14,570 bases of DNA from Promethearchaeota archaeon (GTDB lineage: Archaea > Asgardarchaeota > Lokiarchaeia > Sigyniarchaeales > SOKP01): contig RDOE01000083.1 in assembly GCA_011364975.1 (NCBI GenBank), positions 1 through 14,570 of the forward strand, read 5' to 3'. A program made the position numbers and the translations under genes. Shown piece after piece: positions 8,704-14,570 of this stretch (position 1 is the stretch's first letter; every line of letters starts with the position of its first letter). The notes below the pieces were generated by a model, which saw nothing but the letters and a program-made list of their open reading frames with translations, ran no database searches and had not been told where the DNA came from.

Positions 8704-8842
8704 CTTAATAAAATTTACACAAATTCTGACTCAAGATAAGAATTATCAAGAATTATTTACCTTTTTTCAAAAGAATTTTTAAATCATACTATCATCATTT
8801 ATCTTACAAAAGAATATATTTTAAGATTAGTTTGATCTTCTT

Positions 8843-8849
8843 AAGGTGA
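8843..8849 (+). promoter_or_regulatory. Shine-Dalgarno-like element AAGGTGA
   Basis: AAGGTGA lies 7 nt before the GTG start at 8857 and matches the archaeal anti-SD consensus (GGAGGTGA), supporting this start. Confidence 0.5.
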
Positions 8850-8856
8850 AATTATT

Positions 8857-9825
8857 GTGACAATTCAATATCTATCTAAAGAAAAGAAGGTTAAAAAAGA
8901 AGAATTTCCTTCCACAAAAATCTTGTTTACAGGACTCGACAATGCAGGAAAAACAACAATTATTTATGCTCTCCAGAGAGAATTTTCTAAGATTGCTTTA
9001 TTGAAGCCAACTAGAGGTGCTCAGAGACGTATATTCGAGTTTCTAGGACGTGAAATATCTGAATGGGATTTGGGTGGTCAGTTATCTTATCGTATAGCTT
9101 ATTTAAAGAACCCTACAAAATATTTTGATGGAACTGAAATAGCAATTTATGTTATAGATATACAAAATAAGGCTAGGTTACCTGAAGCTATTAGTTATTT
9201 TAAGGATGTAATTGAACAATTTCGAAAGTTAGAAATAGAACCTCCAATTTACATATTTTTCCATAAATATGACCCTGCTTTAAAGAGGAATGCGATGAAT
9301 GAAATGAAGAATCTAGAACTAGATTTAAAAGAAAAGATTAAAAATTCTGTAGATTACAAAAAAGTCTTGTATTATAATACTTCAATATATGATCTTTCGA
9401 GTATCATTAAAGCTATGTCTGAAATTCTTTTAAATTTGTATCCAAAATCAGAATTAATTGAAAAAACTATTATAGAATTTGGAAAAAAGACGTATTCTGA
9501 AGGTGTTGTTCTATTAGATGATAATTCCTTAATTGTGGGTTCATATTATAAAGATGAAGAAACAAAAAACACTTTGTCAGCGTCAACCCCTTATTTTCTT
9601 ACTCTTAATGATAGTTTTGTCTTTACTCAAGCACAACCTAGTTTGCAGGATAAGGAAGATTTTATGGTTGTACAAAGATTTGGTAAAAATTTCATATTTA
9701 AACAAATTAAATTAAAAGGCGATTTGACCCCATATTACATATTAATACTTAAACAAGACCCAAATATTACTAAAGATGATTTTGAAGTATTTGCTAATTT
9801 ACTGAAAGAAATCCTATACAGTTAA
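8857..9825 (+). CDS. Rag/Gtr-like (Arf-related) small GTPase with C-terminal roadblock domain
   Basis: G1 GLDNAGKT, G2 PTRG, G3 WDLGGQ, G4 FFHKYD (HKxD is Rag-type), G5 TSIYD (as in RagC/Gtr2). C-terminal ~125 aa with GVVLLDDNSLIVGSY roadblock-type strands. Confidence 0.88.
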   Translation: MTIQYLSKEKKVKKEEFPSTKILFTGLDNAGKTTIIYALQREFSKIALLKPTRGAQRRIFEFLGREISEWDLGGQLSYRIAYLKNPTKYFDGTEIAIYVIDIQNKARLPEAISYFKDVIEQFRKLEIEPPIYIFFHKYDPALKRNAMNEMKNLELDLKEKIKNSVDYKKVLYYNTSIYDLSSIIKAMSEILLNLYPKSELIEKTIIEFGKKTYSEGVVLLDDNSLIVGSYYKDEETKNTLSASTPYFLTLNDSFVFTQAQPSLQDKEDFMVVQRFGKNFIFKQIKLKGDLTPYYILILKQDPNITKDDFEVFANLLKEILYS

Positions 9826-9962
9826 TCTTAATCCTTTCTTATACTCTTATAATTCGCTCTTTATAATTTTATATTTTAAATTACTAATATTAATAAAATT
9901 GTATTTTTATATTATTAATAGAATTTGATTAAAAATATCGGATTTCTAGGGATTGAAAAAAC

Positions 9963-10973
9963 GTGATTATTTGTTCTAATTGCGGTGCTACCAATAATGA
10001 GGCGAATGGGCATATATGTAGGAAATGTGGTGCATTATTGCCAATTTCCAATAAAACACCTCGAATAAGAATAGCTACAAAGAAGAAAGAGAAAGAAATT
10101 CTAAAAAGTGATAAACCTGTTAAAGACGAAGAACTATTTTTTAAACCTAGTAAATCAGAACTACATGATATTCCGCTAACGGAAGATATACATGTTAAGA
10201 CTACTTCTAAAGCAAAAGTTGAATCTTCAGAAATTATTAATACTCAAGATAGCGAATTTTTGGAAAAAATAGAAGAAGATGAGCAAGAGAAAGAAATATT
10301 AAAAGAAATTACTCCTAAACCCTATAAAGGATCAATAATTGCAGATAAAGGAGTATACGGCGTTAAACCTCAAGAAAAGATAATTGAAGAAAAGAAATTA
10401 ACCAAAGGTTCAGCTAATGTCTCCGAATCAGCGTTAGTTAAGCAGAAACAATTAGAGGAAGATATGACTAAGGTATTGAAGTTTCTTTCAAAAAAAGTGA
10501 CAGTTAAACCATTAGACGATTTAAAAAAAATTCCAGTAGCTAAAGAAAAAAAAGTAAAGGAGTTATCTCCATCAAGTATGAATGAAATCTTAAGAAATTT
10601 ATTAAAATTAGATATACATATTGAAGCATCAGCAATTATACAAAAGGATGGAACTATTTTAGCCTCAGCAATTTCATCTAGAATTTCTGATTCGTTATTC
10701 GGTACTATCGCTCAAAATTTATCCATGATTGGTAATGATATAATTGAGGGTTTAGATGCTGGAAAATTAATGAACATTTCGATTAGAGGATCCGAAGGAA
10801 TATTGGATCTCGCTCCAATTGACACTAAAGGAAAGTTAAAGAATGAAATAGTATTAATTATTTTTTCTCATCCAAAAGTGAAAAGTGGAATTATCCATTT
10901 TGCCGTAAATATTGTTAAGAAACAAATCATTGAATATTTAGGTTTATCGAAAGTAAAAGTAAAATTAGATTAA
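9963..10973 (+). CDS. Zinc-ribbon, Lys/Glu-rich disordered linker, roadblock/LC7 domain protein
   Basis: N-terminal CSNCG...CRKCG zinc ribbon; ~170 aa charged low-complexity linker; C-terminal roadblock domain (IEASAIIQKDGTILASAIS...LDAGKLMNISIRGSEG...KSGIIHF). Confidence 0.82.
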   Translation: MIICSNCGATNNEANGHICRKCGALLPISNKTPRIRIATKKKEKEILKSDKPVKDEELFFKPSKSELHDIPLTEDIHVKTTSKAKVESSEIINTQDSEFLEKIEEDEQEKEILKEITPKPYKGSIIADKGVYGVKPQEKIIEEKKLTKGSANVSESALVKQKQLEEDMTKVLKFLSKKVTVKPLDDLKKIPVAKEKKVKELSPSSMNEILRNLLKLDIHIEASAIIQKDGTILASAISSRISDSLFGTIAQNLSMIGNDIIEGLDAGKLMNISIRGSEGILDLAPIDTKGKLKNEIVLIIFSHPKVKSGIIHFAVNIVKKQIIEYLGLSKVKVKLD

Positions 10974-11762
10974 ATGTTTTTGAAGAAAAACACGATTAAT
11001 ACTAACCGTTTTAAAAAATTTTAAATTTGAAGTTAGTTCTTGTAGGAAGGCATTTAAATTTTGAATGCTAACCAAAGGTATAGAATTTTCATTGATTCTA
11101 ATCCAATTTAATTCCAATGTCACCATTATGGGGATTAAAATAAAGGGAAGTCTTTTTTTTATATTAACCTTAAGCGTTAACAATTGTTGAATCAGGTTTG
11201 AAAAAGTTTCGGGATTATTCTTTAAAGCAAATGTTCTCCTAAATTGAAGATTTGCAGCCTTACTTATTGCATGATAGGAATCTTTTCGCCTCCACTGTTT
11301 AGCATCTATTAGTAGTATATAATTCTGATATATTCCAACTACATCAATTTCATATCTTTTTTGAGATGTTTCTAACTTAAAATTAGATTTATCAGAAAAT
11401 CTAAAATTTTTAATTGTCTTATAGTTATTCTTTATTAAAATTTCCTCTACTAGTGACTCAAATCCCCAATAATCTAAAATTTCAGCAAGATTTTTAATAT
11501 CATAGCTTAAATATTTAAAGCATTCTGTAATAAATAATATTTTATTAATAACGATATACTCGATATAATTTCCTTTTTGAATTGAGACGAAATCGAATAA
11601 ATTAAGAAAGTCTCTAATTTCATATTTAGTAAAATGAGTAAAGTATTTAATCTCACTAATTTCATGCCATAACTCTATTACATCAGGGTTAGAATCCTTA
11701 AGAATGTCATAAATTTCAGAAAAAAACTGTTTTATTTTAGTGAATTCCAGTGAGTGTGCCAT
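10965..11762 (-). CDS. PD-(D/E)xK restriction-endonuclease-fold protein (Mrr/NERD-like)
   Basis: WGFESLVEEIL helix (Mrr-like FExLV), YEIDVVG (catalytic D) and LLIDAKQW (D/E-x-K), followed by the PIMVT strand seen in archaeal members. Confidence 0.8.
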   Translation of the reverse strand: MAHSLEFTKIKQFFSEIYDILKDSNPDVIELWHEISEIKYFTHFTKYEIRDFLNLFDFVSIQKGNYIEYIVINKILFITECFKYLSYDIKNLAEILDYWGFESLVEEILIKNNYKTIKNFRFSDKSNFKLETSQKRYEIDVVGIYQNYILLIDAKQWRRKDSYHAISKAANLQFRRTFALKNNPETFSNLIQQLLTLKVNIKKRLPFILIPIMVTLELNWIRINENSIPLVSIQNLNAFLQELTSNLKFFKTVSINRVFLQKHLI

Positions 11763-11956
11763 TGGATCAATATCTAAATTTTATTAATAATAATGAAGAG
11801 GGAGTGACAAAATAATGATAATTGTCTTAAATCTTCAACATATCTTAATAGAAAATTTCAGATAATATGTTAATAAATTATTTTTTTAAATATTTTGAAT
11901 ATTATAATGCAGATGATTAAAATTCTAAAAAGAAATTTATTTTAAAGAGAAATGAT

Positions 11957-13773
11957 ATGAAATTATTACCAAAAGTCTTTAGAACAGAAGGTGACATGGT
12001 TGAGTTCGATCCTTCCAAGATTTTAAATAGTATTATTGCTGAAACCGGAGTTAGTGAAGAAAAAGCAAAAGAAATTACTGAACTAGTCGTTAGGAGGATA
12101 ATTTCTTCAGGGATGCAATTTCTCTCTGGACCACACATACGAGAGATTGTTTGCTCTATTCTTTCCGAAAATCATTATGAGAAAGAAAGAAAATTATATA
12201 CTCGTATTGGTATGCCTCTTATGGATTACGAAGAAATCTTAGAACATGGATTAAAAAAAGAAAATGGTCAAATGCTCAATCCAGAAAAAATACATCATTG
12301 GGCAGCCAATCAACTTGCCGAAGAATATACTTTATTAAGAATTCTTAATGATGAAGAATCCAAAGCCCATTTGTATGGAGATATTTATATTCATCAATTA
12401 AAATATTTTGACTTAAGGCCATATAGCCAGATTTGGGATCCAAGATTAATTTTAAAAAATGGTCTACCTCCTATTACTAACTCAATCAATTATTATAAAT
12501 CAGGACCTCCTAAAGATTTACAAGAGGCGGTTTTTCAGTTAGCAAATTGGTTTGGAATAATTCAAGGCGAATTTTGCGGCAGTCAAGTTTACGATTTTTT
12601 AACAATTTTCCTCTCTCCTTTTGCGAAAAATTTAGATGATAACGCCTTAAAAAGTGCGATTAGAACATATATTCACCAAATTAATCATATATCAATGATA
12701 TTGGGTAAAGGATATCTGAAGAGTAGTATTTATTGTAGTCCTGTTATAATCGAACCTTTAAGAAATCTTCCTGCTATTGGCCCAGAGGGAAAAGTAATGG
12801 GTATTTATGGAGATTACGAGGATGAATGCCTGAATATTTTTAACGCATTTACTGAGGCATTTTCTTTAGGAGATTATAGTGGAAAACATAATAAGTGGCC
12901 TCTTCATGCTATTTACTTTAAAAAGGAATGGTTAGATTCATTTCGAGAGCAATATATTAACATTTTTAAGAGCATTTCATCAAATTATTACCCCATTTTA
13001 GTCAATACCTCTACAGAAGTATATAATTTAAAACTTGGATTAATTAAAGCTAATGAATATTTTAATCACGGCATCTTGCAAAAATTATCAATAAATCTCC
13101 CAAGAATTGCTTATTTAGCTAAAAATGAGAATACATTCAATGAATTATTATATGAGAAACTCAATCTATGCTTTAATATTTTAGATAAAAAATCCGAAAT
13201 AATTAAAAAACGACTAAAAACGAAACATCTTCCCTTTTGTAGTAGTTTAGTTAATAATCATCCATTATATAATTTTGATTTACAAGAGCTCTGCATAGGA
13301 TTCGTTGGATTAAATGAAGCCGTGAAAATAATATCGAATTCTGAAATGCATGAATCTATTGATGCATTAAATTTAGGGAAAAACATTGTTTTGGAGATGA
13401 AAAATCTGTGTTTACAACAGTCTCATAAAACAGGTTATGTATACTCACTAATCGAAGATTCATCAAATACAGCCACATTACGCTTTAAAAAGTTAGATCT
13501 AAAACATTTTCCGAAAATATCTAATATCGATGGTTTAAACCAAACTATATATATTGCAATTCAACCCACTTCCGAGAAGATTCTGGCTTAACTATCCAAG
13601 AGCTATTAAAAAAACAAAGTGAATTTCATATATTAATTAATAAAGGTGCTTTTGAGCGTTTTAATGTTAATAATAGAAAAATTCAAATAGATTCTCCAGA
13701 AAAGATTCTTGAAATTTTAGGGTTGGTTTGTTCAGAGACAAATATTAACGATATTCAATTTTACTTTCAATAG
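11957..13773 (+). CDS. ATP-cone + class III ribonucleotide reductase (NrdD)-like protein, catalytically degenerate, with a -1 frameshift at about 13525-13555
   Basis: ATP cone (VFRTEGDMVEFDPSKILNSIIAETG...LSGPHIREIV) and NrdD motifs YTRIGMP, AHLYGDIYIHQL, GILQKLSINLPRIAY and IGFVGLNEAV. The zero frame stops at 13591. The -1 frame (open 13525-13773) encodes YCNSTHFREDSGLTIQELLKKQSEFHILINKGAF...DIQFYFQ*, homologous to the NrdD YxNSxH...E-x-FH-x-L-xx-GG segment. Could be a recoded gene, a pseudogene or a sequence error. Confidence 0.8.
13534..13540 (+). other. Candidate -1 ribosomal frameshift heptamer T_TTA_AAC
   Basis: X_XXY_YYZ heptamer in the correct phase (ggT TTA AAC) inside the ~30 nt interval where the frame change must occur. 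No convincing downstream stimulatory structure seen. Confidence 0.3.
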
Positions 13774-13884
13774 TAACTTTTTGATTAAATGTTATTATTA
13801 CTTACAAAACTTTAAAATCGGAATCTTTTTTGATATATTAGAATATTAAATTAATTTTTATCAAACATTAGATTTTAACGTACC

Positions 13885-13897
13885 ATAAGTTTATATT
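13885..13897 (+). promoter_or_regulatory. Candidate BRE/TATA box (ataagTTTATATT) for the downstream GTPase fusion gene
   Basis: TTTATA core preceded by an A-rich BRE-like sequence, about 60 nt upstream of ATG 13955. Confidence 0.35.
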
Positions 13898-13954
13898 TTA
13901 ATAAATCAGGCCATATCTATATTTACGCTAATAAAAGACAGAACCTTTAATAAA

Positions 13955-14570
13955 ATGATTGAAAATAAATCAGAAATAGTGAAAGCAATTGTTTTAAGTC
14001 TGTTTGATGATGACGGACCTACTCCAAAAGTTTATTGGCCTGAAGATATGGATGAAAATTCCCGGTTATTAATAGCAATGAAAACAATCAGTCTTTTAAT
14101 GGGAGATTCTGTATATCAGGATGGTACAACCACCGAGGGAATTAATTATTTTGGAATCTTACCTTTTCCTGATTTGAAATTAAATGGCTTGACATATTTT
14201 TTTCTTATTTATGATCCTATGGCAAGAGGAAATGCAAAAGCAGCAACTATTACAATACTCATAGATGAAGAAGATAAAGGGTTTTTTTATGAAAATATGA
14301 AATATCTTCGCGTTATAATTGATAATTCCGCCTCTAAAATCCAAACTTCGAAAAGTTTTGATGAAGATCAAGATATTATGACAGAACTTAAAGATGAATT
14401 ATTTGATTTTACAAAAGAAATAAGAGATCCTTTTTCATTTAAAAAACAAATTAAAATACTCTTTGCAGGATTAGACCAAGCAGGTAAGTCCAGTTTTCTT
14501 TTAGCTGTAAAAAAAAGATATTCCGAGATTATAAAATCACTTCCTACAAAGGGAATTGCTAGATCTGATG
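13955..14570 (+). CDS. uDENN/longin-like domain + Arf/Rag-like GTPase fusion, paralogue of 4180..5685 (3'-truncated by the window; missing from the ORF track)
   Basis: Manual translation from ATG 13955 is open to the window end: MIENKSEIVKAIVLSLFDDDGPTPKVYWP...IAMKTISLLMGD...YFGILPFPD...ITILIDEEDKGFFYEN...IKILFAGLDQAGKSSFLLAVKKRYSEIIKSLPTKG. G1 GLDQAGKS at 14468-14491. Colinear similarity with the 501-aa protein. Confidence 0.9.
   Translation, partial: MIENKSEIVKAIVLSLFDDDGPTPKVYWPEDMDENSRLLIAMKTISLLMGDSVYQDGTTTEGINYFGILPFPDLKLNGLTYFFLIYDPMARGNAKAATITILIDEEDKGFFYENMKYLRVIIDNSASKIQTSKSFDEDQDIMTELKDELFDFTKEIRDPFSFKKQIKILFAGLDQAGKSSFLLAVKKRYSEIIKSLPTKGIARSD

Noticed and set aside
9533-9715. 60-aa ORF in an alternative + frame
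   Set aside because: Nested in the Rag-like GTPase CDS, which is uninterrupted; no recognisable features.
11917-12138. 73-aa ORF on the - strand
   Set aside because: Antisense to the ATP-cone coding region; shadow ORF.
11957-13591. Annotation as a functional anaerobic ribonucleotide reductase nrdD ending at 13591
   Set aside because: Catalytic Cys residues and the glycyl-radical/Zn domain are not found, and homology continues in the -1 frame to 13773.
13774-13954. Possible separately encoded or further frameshifted glycyl-radical domain
   Set aside because: The region is AT-rich and stop-rich, with no CxxC or RxxGY coding potential that I could find.
14180-14371. 63-aa Cys-containing ORF on the - strand
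   Set aside because: Antisense shadow of the real + strand uDENN-GTPase gene (13955..end); the Cys codons mirror Ala GCA codons.
1-14570. CRISPR arrays, tRNA/rRNA genes, IS elements or integrases
   Set aside because: No regularly spaced repeats, no GC-rich structured RNA segments in the short intergenic regions, and no transposase or integrase motifs seen.

Overview
AT-rich, gene-dense archaeal DNA whose gene content points to an Asgard archaeon (Lokiarchaeia/Promethearchaeota-like; inferred from protein families, not from a marker gene). It holds 14 CDSs, two of them cut by the window edges: two membrane proteins, a YkgJ-type Cys-cluster protein, an exosortase/archaeosortase, a stand-alone MtrH methyltransferase, an AIR-synthase-related protein, an MFS transporter, a TIGR00725/SLOG protein, a PD-(D/E)xK nuclease-fold protein, an ATP-cone NrdD-like protein and four eukaryote-like signalling genes. 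Those four are two paralogous uDENN/longin-Arf/Rag GTPase fusions (one absent from the ORF track), a Rag-like GTPase-roadblock protein and a Zn-ribbon-roadblock protein. The most striking object is the class III ribonucleotide reductase homologue. It keeps its ATP cone but appears to lack both catalytic cysteines and the whole glycyl-radical/Zn tail. Its last ~75 codons lie in the -1 frame, just after an in-phase T_TTA_AAC slippery heptamer and a (TA)n tract. Working hypothesis (inference): an RNR pseudoenzyme repurposed as a nucleotide sensor beside a Rag/roadblock/DENN GTPase module. I saw no rRNA, tRNA, CRISPR array or mobile element.
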